Source: Lewinellaceae bacterium (GTDB taxonomy: Bacteria > Bacteroidota > Bacteroidia > Chitinophagales > Saprospiraceae). Taken from it: 64,000 nt of DNA. The stretch spans positions 14,880-78,879 of the forward strand of contig CAWIMC010000021.1 of the NCBI GenBank assembly GCA_963837005.1, read 5' to 3'. Of this stretch, positions 19,455-31,480 are shown piece after piece (within the stretch, counting starts at the first letter, position 1; each line of letters opens with the position of its first letter). The notes beneath the pieces are model-generated. The model was not told where the DNA came from and ran no database searches. It saw nothing but the letters and a program-made list of their open reading frames with translations. The position numbers were made by a program, and so were the translations under genes.

Positions 19455-20963
19455 ATGATTCAGATTGATCGGTGTTGCCTCGCGTTAGTGATAGCCGTGG
19501 GGGGTTGGTTGGCACCGTGCGTCCAGGCCCAAACCCAGGCCCGCCCTACCGTCCTCCTCGTCACCGCCCACCCCGACGACTGGGAGGGCATCGCCGGGGG
19601 CACCGTGCTCATGCTCGCCCGCACGCACGACATCCACGCGGCCATTGCCTCGCGCGGCGAGCGCGGCATCAAGCAGTCGCCGGAGCAAAGTTGGGCCGAG
19701 GTAACGCCGAGCGCGGAGACGGCGCGGATCCGGACTGCCGAGGCGACGGCTTCCGCCAAAACGATAGACGCCCATCTTCATTTCCTCGGCAGCATCGACG
19801 GGGAGGTGTATCCGGACGAGGCCCGTATCGACAGCGTCGCCAACCTCATGCGACGGCTCCAACCCGAGATCATTATCACGATGTGGGGCGCGGACGTGCC
19901 CGACCACGCCGCGGCCGGCCACATGGCCCTGCGCGCTGCCTGGCAAACGGGGCTGATTCACACCGCCGATTTTTACTACGGAGAGGCGCAACACGGGGGA
20001 CAGTCGCAACAGTTCGAGGCCAACTTCTTCGTCGACATCGACAGTTTTGCGGAAGCGAAATCCGCCTTGCTCGCCCACCACGTGTCGCAGAACATCGACA
20101 ACGCACTCGTCGAGGAACTCGCCCAGGACTCCCGTTACTACGGCCAACTCGCCAAGGTCTCCGCCGCCGAGCCCTTTCGTACTTACTACCCAATCGTAGA
20201 TGAGCGCTTTGGGCGCAGCGGCATCCCCATACTCTTGCGGCTTCACGCCAAAACCGCCCCCCCCAACAACCAAATTGCCCAATCACCTAAACCCAGCCTT
20301 TTAGTCGTCGGCGCCCACCCCGGCGACTGGGAAGACGGCATCGGCGGCTTCGTCTGGCAACTGCGCAACACGCACGACATCACCATCGTCTGCGCCAGCC
20401 GCGGCGAGATGGGCGCCGGGGGCACCGAGCCCGGGCGCGTCGGCCCGGCCCGCGAAAAGGAAGCCATCGCCACGGCCGCCGAACTCGACGCCACGCTCTA
20501 CTTCCTCGGCGAACCCGATGCCGCCATCCAGGCCCGCCCCGCTACCGTCGATAGCCTCGCCGCCATTTTGCGCCACGCCGACCCCGACTTGGTGCTTACG
20601 ATGTGGGCGCTCGATGTCGCCGATCACGCCGCCACCTCCTCGATGACAGTGCAGGCGATGTCGCGCACCGGCCATCTGTACAGTGCCGACCTCTACTTCT
20701 ACGAGTCCGATGCCGGTAGCCAGACGGTCAACTTCGAACCGAAGCTCTACATCAACATCGACGCCGAGATCGAGGACAAGCGCCGCCTGCTACGCACACA
20801 CGCTACCGAGAATCCCGACGACATCCTCGACGTCAACATGATGGCCAAGGCGCGCTTCCGCGGGGCTAGCGCACGGTGTGAGTTCGCCGAAGGGCTTATC
20901 CCCTTCTTCCCACTCATCAACCGCCGGTGGGACAGGTCCTTTGGGGACAGCTTTGTCGAGTGA
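19455..20963 (+). CDS. Secreted protein with two tandem PIG-L/LmbE-family N-acetylglucosaminyl deacetylase domains
   Basis: Signal peptide. Two copies of the AHPDDE-type motif, LLVTAHPDDWEGIAGG and LLVVGAHPGDWEDGIGG, each followed by ...MWG/MWA...DHAA... blocks. Confidence 0.7.
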   Translation: MIQIDRCCLALVIAVGGWLAPCVQAQTQARPTVLLVTAHPDDWEGIAGGTVLMLARTHDIHAAIASRGERGIKQSPEQSWAEVTPSAETARIRTAEATASAKTIDAHLHFLGSIDGEVYPDEARIDSVANLMRRLQPEIIITMWGADVPDHAAAGHMALRAAWQTGLIHTADFYYGEAQHGGQSQQFEANFFVDIDSFAEAKSALLAHHVSQNIDNALVEELAQDSRYYGQLAKVSAAEPFRTYYPIVDERFGRSGIPILLRLHAKTAPPNNQIAQSPKPSLLVVGAHPGDWEDGIGGFVWQLRNTHDITIVCASRGEMGAGGTEPGRVGPAREKEAIATAAELDATLYFLGEPDAAIQARPATVDSLAAILRHADPDLVLTMWALDVADHAATSSMTVQAMSRTGHLYSADLYFYESDAGSQTVNFEPKLYINIDAEIEDKRRLLRTHATENPDDILDVNMMAKARFRGASARCEFAEGLIPFFPLINRRWDRSFGDSFVE

Positions 20964-21031
20964 GGAGGTACGTAAATCGTAAACCTGGTTTGGCAACACT
21001 TTTGGACGAGACTACCCACAAGCATGGTGTT

Positions 21032-23458
21032 ATGAAAAAGGGTATTTGGCTATTTTTCGGTCTCTTGTTCGGCGCGTACGTCTTCGTCGCCTTCCTCGGA
21101 CACGGTAGCGTCCGCCATGAGCACACTCCCGTACGCTTGACGAATGGTTGGCACTTTGTGCCCAACCAACTCATCGGCGCGGACCTTGCCACCCTCGCGG
21201 CCGTGTCTGTGACTGAGGGCCTCCACCCCGGAACGCCTTGGCGCCGTCACCCCGCTCTCGAGTCGGTCGATGGCGGCACCTTTCAATACACTTGGCAAGC
21301 GCCGGATACGGTCGAGACCTACGGCCTGCGCATCCCGGCGTTTTATGGTGCGTACCGCGTCTACTTCGACGGGCGGGCCGTGGGCGGCCGGGGGACGCCC
21401 ACGCTCGACTACCAGCAACACGCCGACTACGTGGCGGCCGACGTGCTTGCACTGCCGCGCAAGTCAAACGTCGTCATCACCTTCGAGGCGGCTACCCACG
21501 ACATCTTCCCGGGGGGCGCGGCCAGCGAATTTGTTGTCGATCGTTACGATCTTTTGCAGTCTACCGAAGACCGTGTCGTTGCCCTCACCCTATTCGTCAT
21601 TGGGCTGCTTACCGCGATCGGGTTCACGGTCGTGGCCGCAGCCTGGGATTCGCCGGTAGCCAAGCGGCAACGGGTGTTTGGGGGCTTGACGATCGCCGTT
21701 GCGGGGCTGGTAGCTTTTAACGATACCGGCCTGCTCGCCGCTCAGTGGTTGATCGTTCCGTACGCCGCCATCTACCGCATCGAGCTGCTGTTTCTGTACG
21801 GGACGCTGGCTTTGACGTGGATCTACGCCGCCGAGGCCGGTGGCCTGCGGGCCTTCCCAAAGGTGCGCCGTGGACTGGTGATCTCGATGGCGGTGGCCGC
21901 TGCGTTGGCGGTTGTCTTGCCGATGGCCTGGTCGTCGCGCGTGCTCCCGGTGGCGTACGTACCGATGATGTTGGGTTGTGGGCTGGTGCTCGGGCAGGCA
22001 CTCGTATCGCGGGGCTGGTCCAACCCGTTGGTTGCACTGGCGCGGGCGAGCCTGCTGGCGTTAGCGGTTGGGGTCGCGGTAGCTGCCGTGACCGAGATCG
22101 GCGTCGACCAACTCCGCGGGATGCTGACGCTGCTGTGCTTCTTGACCTTCGGGGTGCTGGGTGCCGCCCAGTTCATCCGACAGTTGGTCGCCGAGGAGGG
22201 CAAGCTCTACGCCGACGCGAGCGCGGGCGAGATGAAGACGCAGTTCATGGCCCGCGTGAGTCACGAATTGAGGACGCCTTTGCACGGCATCTCGGGCCTG
22301 AGCAAGATGATCAGGGCGGAGGGTCCGCTTTCGCAAAACCAGCTGAAGTACCTCGACGCGCTCGAGACCTCGACGACGGCTATGGACGTGACGGTGGCCG
22401 GGATCCTCGACTACGAAGACGTGCGCGCGGGCAAACTTCGCCTCAAGGAGCGCCAGGTGCAGCTATCGGAAGTTTTGGCGGAAGCCCTAGCCACTGGCTC
22501 CCTGCAGCTACCCGAGGGGATGCACATTGGCCTGCGCAACCACTCCAGCGTCGAGGCCTTCCTCGTCGACGGGCGCCGCCTCCGGGACGCGCTCGTGCAG
22601 TTGCTCGACAACGCCGTCAAGCACGGGGGCGGGTTCCATCCGATTGTCCACGTGACCCGCGCCGGGGACGACCTCGAGATCATGGTCCGCAGTGGGGGCC
22701 CGACCCTCACGCCGGATGCGGTGACGGTGGCCTTCTCGGCGTTCAGCCAGGAGGGCGACTACTGGAAACGCCAAACCGGTGGACTCGGTATTGGTCTCAG
22801 CATGGCCGCCGTTACCGTTGAACAGATGGGTGGCAGCATCCAGCACGTACCCCTCGAAGTCGGCAACGGCTTCGTGTTGAGGGTGCCCCTCCGGGATGTC
22901 GTCGACGAGCCTGCGCGCTCGGTCCACGGGTTCGAGGTCCTGCGCGAGACCCGCGCTCCGGAGCACTTCCCGCGCATTGATGCCACCGCCGAACTAGCCG
23001 CCGAGGCCCTACAGGTAGCGCCTACGCTTCAGGAGCAACTCAGTGCCGCCGTGGTGCCGAGTCGCGACCCCAACCGGACACACATCCTGATCGTGGAGGA
23101 CCATCCGATCAATCAGTTGCTGGCCCGCAAGATGGTGGAGTCGTGGGGCTTCACCGCCGAGGTTTGTGCCAACGGGCAGGAGGCGATCGAGGCTATCTCA
23201 CCGGGCAAATTCGATCTCGTCTTGATGGACCTTCAAATGCCGGTGCTCGACGGCATCAGCGCGACGCGTAAGCTTCGCGAACTGTACCCAGCCGAAGACC
23301 TACCGATCGTCGCGCTAACGGCCAACTCCTCGGCTGCCGACAGAGAAGCCTGTGCGCTGGTAGGTATGCAGGACTTCCTCAGCAAGCCCTTCAAGTCCGA
23401 TGAGCTAAAGGGTATCGTAGACGCGCTGCTGGGGGCGGGGCACTTCGTGGGGGTTTAG
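21032..23458 (+). CDS. Hybrid sensor histidine kinase/response regulator with 7TM-DISM-type N-terminal sensor
   Basis: Periplasmic domain, then 7 TM helices, HisKA (ARVSHELRTPLHGISGL), HATPase (...GGLGIGLSMAAVTVEQMGGSI...) and a C-terminal receiver (ILIVEDHPINQLLARKMVESWGF...DLVLMDLQMPVLDG...LSKPF). Confidence 0.85.
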   Translation: MKKGIWLFFGLLFGAYVFVAFLGHGSVRHEHTPVRLTNGWHFVPNQLIGADLATLAAVSVTEGLHPGTPWRRHPALESVDGGTFQYTWQAPDTVETYGLRIPAFYGAYRVYFDGRAVGGRGTPTLDYQQHADYVAADVLALPRKSNVVITFEAATHDIFPGGAASEFVVDRYDLLQSTEDRVVALTLFVIGLLTAIGFTVVAAAWDSPVAKRQRVFGGLTIAVAGLVAFNDTGLLAAQWLIVPYAAIYRIELLFLYGTLALTWIYAAEAGGLRAFPKVRRGLVISMAVAAALAVVLPMAWSSRVLPVAYVPMMLGCGLVLGQALVSRGWSNPLVALARASLLALAVGVAVAAVTEIGVDQLRGMLTLLCFLTFGVLGAAQFIRQLVAEEGKLYADASAGEMKTQFMARVSHELRTPLHGISGLSKMIRAEGPLSQNQLKYLDALETSTTAMDVTVAGILDYEDVRAGKLRLKERQVQLSEVLAEALATGSLQLPEGMHIGLRNHSSVEAFLVDGRRLRDALVQLLDNAVKHGGGFHPIVHVTRAGDDLEIMVRSGGPTLTPDAVTVAFSAFSQEGDYWKRQTGGLGIGLSMAAVTVEQMGGSIQHVPLEVGNGFVLRVPLRDVVDEPARSVHGFEVLRETRAPEHFPRIDATAELAAEALQVAPTLQEQLSAAVVPSRDPNRTHILIVEDHPINQLLARKMVESWGFTAEVCANGQEAIEAISPGKFDLVLMDLQMPVLDGISATRKLRELYPAEDLPIVALTANSSAADREACALVGMQDFLSKPFKSDELKGIVDALLGAGHFVGV

Positions 23459-23531
23459 TCGGCGCCCCCCATCGCAACGGTAGGTACACGCGCCATGACT
23501 GCACTGGCGATGTAAGCCCCGACCGTCTACT

Positions 23532-23978
23532 TTGGCTCTCATGAACGATGCACAAGATTGGGACAAGCTCAGCGACCGCGACCGGAGCCTACGCCTCCTG
23601 GGTATTCTCGCCGAGATGGCACGCTCCGACGATGATCTCGACCCGCAGGAGCGGCAGTTTCTGCATGAGTTTGCCCGTGACCGCGGCCTAGAACCGCACG
23701 AGGTAGACGTGGTGCTGTCCCGCGATCACGTGCCCGTGAAGGGGCGTCCCGCTATTGCGGAGTCCGACCGAGTGGCGGTACTCTACTGCCTCGTGTCCAT
23801 GATGCAGAGCGATCAGGTCATCGCGCATAAGGAGATCAATATCCTGCGGCGGCAGGGTCTACGGCTCGGAATACGCTCGGAGTTGGTGGACGACTTCATC
23901 GATCTGGCGTTGACGTACAAGCAATCGCAGATCCCAGCCGAGGAGCTAGTAGAGCGGCTGCGGGTGTATATGAACTAG
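23532..23978 (+). CDS. TerB-like (tellurite-resistance TerB / DjlA N-terminal-like) domain protein
   Basis: 148 aa helical protein: ...LRLLGILAEMARSDDDLDPQERQFLHEFARDRGL...VLYCLVSMMQSDQVIAHKEINILRR... Assigned by pattern only. Confidence 0.45.
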   Translation: MALMNDAQDWDKLSDRDRSLRLLGILAEMARSDDDLDPQERQFLHEFARDRGLEPHEVDVVLSRDHVPVKGRPAIAESDRVAVLYCLVSMMQSDQVIAHKEINILRRQGLRLGIRSELVDDFIDLALTYKQSQIPAEELVERLRVYMN

Positions 23979-24039
23979 TCGCCCCCGCGGGAGCAACTGA
24001 GAACTGAGAACTAAAAACTGAGAACTTAAAACTAAAAAA

Positions 24040-24080
24040 GAGCCGTCCCTCTCGGAACGGCCCTTTCTCGTTTTGACGAA
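24040..24080. terminator. Bidirectional intrinsic terminator between the TerB-like gene and katG
   Basis: aaaaagaGCCGTCCCtctcGGAACGGCcctttctcgtttt: a GC-rich stem-loop followed by a T-run. Just upstream are three TGAGAACT direct repeats. Confidence 0.5.
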
Positions 24081-24101
24081 AGTCTACTCAACGTACACGC
24101 C

Positions 24102-26408
<2,307 letters not shown>

Positions 26409-26941
26409 TTATTTGAGGCGAAAGTACGGGTGGCGGTGGGCTCTTGTGGTGCTCTGGCCCCCTTGCACGTCAAGGCTTCACCCGCTAAGCGTCATATCTC
26501 AGGACCTCGTCTACTGTTGATACGTAGTTGCTTGCTGGGACTGCCCGGCTGGGCAAAGCGGAGTTAGGCGAAAGGACGGTATAGCGAGTTGGTGAGTAGA
26601 CTCCAAATCCCAGTAGTCGAAGCCGCCGCGGTAGCTACACTTTGCTGGGTAATTTCAATCTACGAGGAGCTGTTAACCCATTCCAAGGACTAACTTCGCT
26701 GCCGTGATATAGCCCTGCGCTCAACAATTGCTTGGTTTCGTGACCTTAAGGTCCGTACGCGAAGTCGAACGGTGACGCGAGCGCATCGTGAAGATGGCAG
26801 CAGCTGCTCCGTACTTTCGCGCCGGTCGTAACGCACTAGAATCCGATTTGCGGCTAGGTCTTTGACTATATTGACCGACAGATGCTAGCCCCGAGTTTGG
26901 AGTACACCCCTCCGTCGCGGAGTCTGCGAGAGAACAGGTAA

Positions 26942-28174
26942 ATGAGCGATAAGAAGGTCTATTTCCCAAACCTCAATGGCTTGCGCTTTCTCGCGGCCGC
27001 ACTTGTGCTCGTCTACCACGTCGAGCAAATGAAGTGGATGTCAGGGCTCACCAACTACTGGGAGTCGGTACCGGCGATACCGCTGATCGGAAAACTGGGC
27101 GTTATTCTTTTCTTTGTCCTCAGCGGGTTTCTCATCACCTATCTCCTGCTCGTCGAAGAGAAGCGTTTCGGAAAGATCGGCATCAAGGATTTTTACATGC
27201 GGCGTGTCCTGCGCATATGGCCGCTGTATTTCCTCATCCTATTCGCCGGGCTTTTCGTCTTGCCCTACGTAGGGCTTTTGCCGTTTCCGAGCTTCGAGGG
27301 GGACGTAGTCTATGATCGGTTGCCGCTAATGGTGGTGCTGTACGTCTTTTTCCTCGGCAACCTCGTAATCCCCGTAATGGGTATCGTGCCCTACGTAGGG
27401 CACCTCTGGTCGATCGGCACCGAGGAGCAGTTTTACCTCATCTGGCCTGTGCTCGTAAGCCGCGTCAAGCACCACCGCATGCGGCTGATGGTTGCGGTCA
27501 TAGGGGTCTACTTCGCTGTCAAAGCTGTCTTGTACTCACCCCTCGGGGCTGTGCTCCCCAAAATTTCGACGCTCCAGGGCTTTTGGGAGGCCTTCCCGGT
27601 GAGTTGTATGGCGATCGGCGGCGTGTACGCCGTGCTCTTGTACCGAAAGTCTCCCCGGCTATCCTGGGTGATGCGGCGCGACCTGTTCTGGTTTTCGACG
27701 ATCCTCGTAACGTGTATGATCTGGTTAGGAATCGAGGTCCCCTTCGTCCACTACGAATTTTACGCCTTCTTCTTCGGCATCATTATCCTCAACCTGTCGA
27801 GTAATCCCGCGCTCGGAAGTCCGTTGGAAAACCCGTTAATGAACTACCTCGGGAAGATCTCCTACGGGTTATACATGTACCATCCTATCGCGATCATGGT
27901 CGTCATGACGGTCATGGACAGGGCCGGGATACAGTCGGACATCGTGCTGTACGCAGGGTCTCTGTTGTTCACGATCCTTATCGCGGGTGCGTCGTACAAG
28001 TACTTCGAGGCCTACTTCCTGCGCTTCAAAAACAAATTCTCGCACGTTTTCAGCGGCTCGCCCCGGACAGACGCTGATGGGCTGCCCTCGGTGGTGCCGG
28101 GTGCCGTCCCCGTGTCCGGGATGGCCAGTGCCAAAGTGCCTCTAGAGATCGAACGCGAGGCTGCCAGGAGGTGA
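26942..28174 (+). CDS. Acyltransferase family 3 (membrane O-acyltransferase)
   Basis: ...LNGLRFLAAALVLVYH... plus about 10 TM helices, as in PF01757. Confidence 0.8.
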   Translation: MSDKKVYFPNLNGLRFLAAALVLVYHVEQMKWMSGLTNYWESVPAIPLIGKLGVILFFVLSGFLITYLLLVEEKRFGKIGIKDFYMRRVLRIWPLYFLILFAGLFVLPYVGLLPFPSFEGDVVYDRLPLMVVLYVFFLGNLVIPVMGIVPYVGHLWSIGTEEQFYLIWPVLVSRVKHHRMRLMVAVIGVYFAVKAVLYSPLGAVLPKISTLQGFWEAFPVSCMAIGGVYAVLLYRKSPRLSWVMRRDLFWFSTILVTCMIWLGIEVPFVHYEFYAFFFGIIILNLSSNPALGSPLENPLMNYLGKISYGLYMYHPIAIMVVMTVMDRAGIQSDIVLYAGSLLFTILIAGASYKYFEAYFLRFKNKFSHVFSGSPRTDADGLPSVVPGAVPVSGMASAKVPLEIEREAARR

Positions 28175-28295
28175 GCTATACGCAAGGCGCACAATGCTTA
28201 CGGGCTCTACCACATAGGATACCGTATTCGATCTGGCTCCGCATTGCTATAGTGCGGCTTGCGCCAAAACTCTCGACGACCGCACCGCTATGGGT

Positions 28296-29351
28296 TTACC
28301 GTACCCAGGCCATGCTGCGGTGGAACTCCTTGTCTAAGACGAGTTCTAGGTTGACTGCCACCAGTTGCCCCATCCGCTCACAAGCACTAAACCGTCGGGT
28401 GCGGTGGTGGGCATTTAGTTCAGCGGCTAAGGCCCTAACTTTTTCGGGCGGGCTAATCACATCGGCCCGCATGCAGTCCATCAGCTCACCGAGGCGATCC
28501 CGGATCGTGCGGAGGCGTACGCCGATGAGGGTTCGCTCTTCGAGTTGGTACTGGACCACCGACTCTTGGCTCATATGCATGAGTCCGAGCTGAATGATCG
28601 GAAGATTGTCTTTGAAGTATTGCGGTAGGTAGAAGCTCTTGCGCGACTCATAGCTCTGCTGGTCGAAGTCGATGGCGCGCAGGCGATACTGGTTGCCCTC
28701 GATGTCGGGCGTGATATCGACCACGTAGTTGTAGGCTCGCATATCGCCCAGCAGACGCACGAAGCAACGCTCATTGAACTTGACAAACTCCTTGGCGATC
28801 CGGATCTGGTTGTTGACGGCGGTGTCGAGGTGCGCCGCCATAAAATCGTCTCCGGGGACACCGGCAATGTGCTCCTCGATGAGTGTCGGTCCGTCAACGA
28901 GATAGGTGATGCGGTTTGGGCTGAGGATGTGCTCGAGTTCGAGGCCGTAGATGCGGTTGGCGTCGGCGCGCTTGACGTAGTAGTGGTCGTAGTTGTCGTT
29001 GATACGGTTGCGGATTCGCACGCGGAAGGGCATCGTGTTGCCGAAGGTGCAGAAGTCGACCCGCGCCACCTCGAGGTGCTCCAGGACATCGTCGTCGCCG
29101 TCGGTCTTGAGGAGGGCGTAGATGTGGCGGAGGCCTAGATTTACCTCGCTGCGTTCGTGCTCGGCATAGTAAACCGTCTGCCAGAGGGTGTCCTCGCCCT
29201 CGGCGTCTAGCAACGGTACTGCGGCGGTGAAGTGGGCGAGGTCGTCGTAGCCGAGCGGCAGGCGTGTAGCCCGACCGTAGGCGCCGAGGTAGGCGGAGAA
29301 CGGTAAGCTAACGGGGCAGGCGGGTTTCTTGCGAGAGGGAACGCGGGGCAT
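28296..29351 (-). CDS. Hypothetical protein (possibly an atypical kinase-like fold)
   Basis: 351 aa with no confident domain. ...LLGDMRAYNYVVD...YRLRAIDFDQ... is weakly reminiscent of APH/CotH-like catalytic loops. Confidence 0.45.
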   Translation of the reverse strand: MPRVPSRKKPACPVSLPFSAYLGAYGRATRLPLGYDDLAHFTAAVPLLDAEGEDTLWQTVYYAEHERSEVNLGLRHIYALLKTDGDDDVLEHLEVARVDFCTFGNTMPFRVRIRNRINDNYDHYYVKRADANRIYGLELEHILSPNRITYLVDGPTLIEEHIAGVPGDDFMAAHLDTAVNNQIRIAKEFVKFNERCFVRLLGDMRAYNYVVDITPDIEGNQYRLRAIDFDQQSYESRKSFYLPQYFKDNLPIIQLGLMHMSQESVVQYQLEERTLIGVRLRTIRDRLGELMDCMRADVISPPEKVRALAAELNAHHRTRRFSACERMGQLVAVNLELVLDKEFHRSMAWVR

Positions 29352-29365
29352 GGGGGGAAGGTAGG

Positions 29366-29525
29366 ATGACGCGGCTGCGCGCTGGTTGTGACGCGGCTGC
29401 GCCGCTGGTTGTGACGCGCTTCGCGCTGGTTGTGACGCTGCCGCTTTACGACGCGCGCTTAATGGTGGCGGGGGTGATTGTGACGCTACCGCTTTACGAC
29501 GTGCGCTTGATGTGGGGCGGGGTTG
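29366..29525 (+). repeat. Intergenic tandem/complex repeat (GACGCGGCTGCGC(C)GCTGGTTGT x3, then GTGACGCTRCCGCTTTACGACGYGCGCTT x2); copy A of a two-copy family
   Basis: Seen directly in the sequence. An inverted partner lies at 35225..35312. Confidence 0.75.
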
Positions 29526-29625
29526 ATTGGGGAGTGCAATAGGTTACAATTAATAGCTGTAGGCTATGAATAGTATAGCGAAATGCGTGCTCGGGTTATG
29601 GAACGCGCGGGTATGTTCGCGGCCG

Positions 29626-29639
29626 TTTTGGCGAAAGCC
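29626..29639 (-). repeat. Dispersed 15-mer, exact copy
   Basis: ttttggcgaaagcc just upstream of, or at, the permease start. Confidence 0.8.
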
Positions 29640-29655
29640 GTGAAGGAGCAGCCGT

Positions 29656-30618
29656 ATGGATCTAGATGTACTCAATGCCAACCTTACCAACCCTACGCTG
29701 CTCTTTTTTGCGCTCGGTATCTTCGCGGCGCTGGTGAAGAGCGATCTGCAGATCCCGGAGTCGTCGAGCAAGTTCATTTCGCTGTACTTGCTATTCGCGA
29801 TCGGCTTTAAGGGCGGGCAGGAACTGGCGCACAGTGTCTTCGACGCGGAGATCCTGTACTCGATTCTCTTTGGACTTGCCTCGGCGGGGCTGATCCCGCT
29901 GTACACTTTCTTCGTGCTCAAGCGGCGATTGAGCGCAAGCGACGCCGGGGCCGTGGCGGCGACGTACGGCTCGGTGAGCGCGGTGACCTTCGTGGCGGCG
30001 GTGGCCTTCCTCGATGTGCAGGGGACGCCGGCCGGGGGGCACATGGTGGCGGTAATGGCGCTCATGGAGGCACCGGCGATCGTGGTGGGCGTGGTGCTAA
30101 TGCGACGCTACGATCCGGTGCAGACCGACGGGAGTTCGCTGGGGCAGGTGGTGCGACACTCGCTCACGAACGGCAGCGTGTTGTTGATTCTCGGGAGTCT
30201 CATTATTGGACTGCTGGCCGATAGTAAGCAGGCCGAGGGCATCAAGCCATTCACGACCGACATATTTAAGGGCTTCCTGGCGCTCTTCCTGCTCGACATG
30301 GGGATGGTGACGGCGAGGCGCTTCGGGGCCTTCCGGCAGTACGGCCTCTACCTGACGGCCTTCGCGATCGTCGTGCCGCTCGTCAACGGCATCGCGATGG
30401 CGCTGCTGAGTGGACTCTTCGTCGAGGAGGTGGCCAATCGTTGTCTGCTGGCGGTGCTGGCGGCGAGCGGATCGTACATCGCGGTGCCGGCGGCGATGCG
30501 TTTGGCGGCCCCGGAGGCCGATCCAGGGTTGTACATCCCGATGGCACTCGGGGTCACCTTTCCGCTAAATGTGACGGTGGGGATTCCGCTGTATTATGCG
30601 GTGGCGGGGTGGGGGTAA
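29656..30618 (+). CDS. DUF897/SbtA-family permease (putative Na+-dependent bicarbonate transporter-like membrane protein)
   Basis: 10-TM protein: ...LLFFALGIFAALVKSDL...FISLYLLFAIGFKGG... Two-lobed topology as in SbtA. No adjacent SbtB. Confidence 0.6.
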   Translation: MDLDVLNANLTNPTLLFFALGIFAALVKSDLQIPESSSKFISLYLLFAIGFKGGQELAHSVFDAEILYSILFGLASAGLIPLYTFFVLKRRLSASDAGAVAATYGSVSAVTFVAAVAFLDVQGTPAGGHMVAVMALMEAPAIVVGVVLMRRYDPVQTDGSSLGQVVRHSLTNGSVLLILGSLIIGLLADSKQAEGIKPFTTDIFKGFLALFLLDMGMVTARRFGAFRQYGLYLTAFAIVVPLVNGIAMALLSGLFVEEVANRCLLAVLAASGSYIAVPAAMRLAAPEADPGLYIPMALGVTFPLNVTVGIPLYYAVAGWG

Positions 30619-30674
30619 AGTTGGAAAGTGGCAGGGTGAAAAGTGGTAAGTGCTCAGCGAGCGTCGTGGGACGA

Positions 30675-31175
30675 CTACCGGCGTCTATGACTCCCGTCGT
30701 CAGCTTGGGCTTTCGCTAAAACCTTCGCGCGCCGGAGGGCACGGATCACGAGCCCTATTACAACGATGAGGTAGGACCACAGAGCAACTGCAAACACATC
30801 GCTCAGGTCTTGCCCGTAGAGTCCGGAGTAGATAACCTGTCCGAGGATGACGAGCATCAGCGCACCCGTGAGCAAATTGACAAGCGGCAAAAGCGTAGAG
30901 GTCTCCGCCCGGTAGACCTTCATCTCGGCCTCGCTCAGGCCGGGAGCGTAACTCGTGTTCCACTGCGGATTCCGCTCAATGAACGCGAACAAGGCCGCCG
31001 TCGCGAACCAGATGCCGTAGATCACGAATAGCGTGCTGCGAGAGGCATATCCATTAGGACTTCCGTCAAAACCAAAACGCACTGGTATCTCAGCGGGGAG
31101 GACGTTATAGTAGTAGATACAGAGTCCTAGCCCGAGCGTGAGCAGAAAGAGATGAAGAGAGTCGAGGATCTTCAT
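30675..31175 (-). CDS. DUF1648 (SdpI/YhfL-like) membrane protein
   Basis: ...YYYNVLPAEIPVRFGFDGSPNGYASR... then 3 more TM helices. Confidence 0.6.
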   Translation of the reverse strand: MKILDSLHLFLLTLGLGLCIYYYNVLPAEIPVRFGFDGSPNGYASRSTLFVIYGIWFATAALFAFIERNPQWNTSYAPGLSEAEMKVYRAETSTLLPLVNLLTGALMLVILGQVIYSGLYGQDLSDVFAVALWSYLIVVIGLVIRALRRAKVLAKAQADDGSHRRR

Positions 31176-31369
31176 TCGCCTGGGTTTGCGTTGGGCTCCT
31201 CCGACGTTGGCTTAACGTGTTTTGGCGAACGCCCCGCGTCCTTCAAGGCCCGCGACAGCAAGAACTCCAGCTGCCCGTTCACCGACCGGAACTCGTCCCC
31301 GGCCCAGCGCTCGAGCGCCTTCATGGTCTCCTCGTCGATGCGGAGGACGAAGCGTTTCTTGTCTGGCAC
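31172..31369 (-). CDS. Arc/MetJ-type ribbon-helix-helix DNA-binding protein
   Basis: ...KKRFVLRIDEETMKALERWAGDEFRSVNGQLEFLLSRALKDAG... The start is uncertain (GTG at 31369 or further upstream). The upstream part of track ORF 31172..31462 is the low-complexity inverted-repeat element. Confidence 0.55.
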   Translation of the reverse strand: MPDKKRFVLRIDEETMKALERWAGDEFRSVNGQLEFLLSRALKDAGRSPKHVKPTSEEPNANPGE

Positions 31370-31376
31370 GAAGACG

Positions 31377-31480
31377 GTTGTTTGGTGGTTTGGTTGGGAG
31401 GTTGTTTGGTGGCCCGTGATTGGGCGTACAACGGTAGCCAGGCCACCAAACAACCAAATCACCGAACAATCAAATCACCC
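31377..31480. repeat. Imperfect palindromic element with GGTTGTTTGGTGG / CCACCAAACAACC arms (copy 1 of 2)
   Basis: ggttgtttggtggcc at 31400-31414 pairs with ggccaccaaacaacc at 31441-31455 across a 26-nt loop. It is flanked by further CAAACAACC/GGTTTGG iterations. The same arms recur at 42016-42098. Confidence 0.7.
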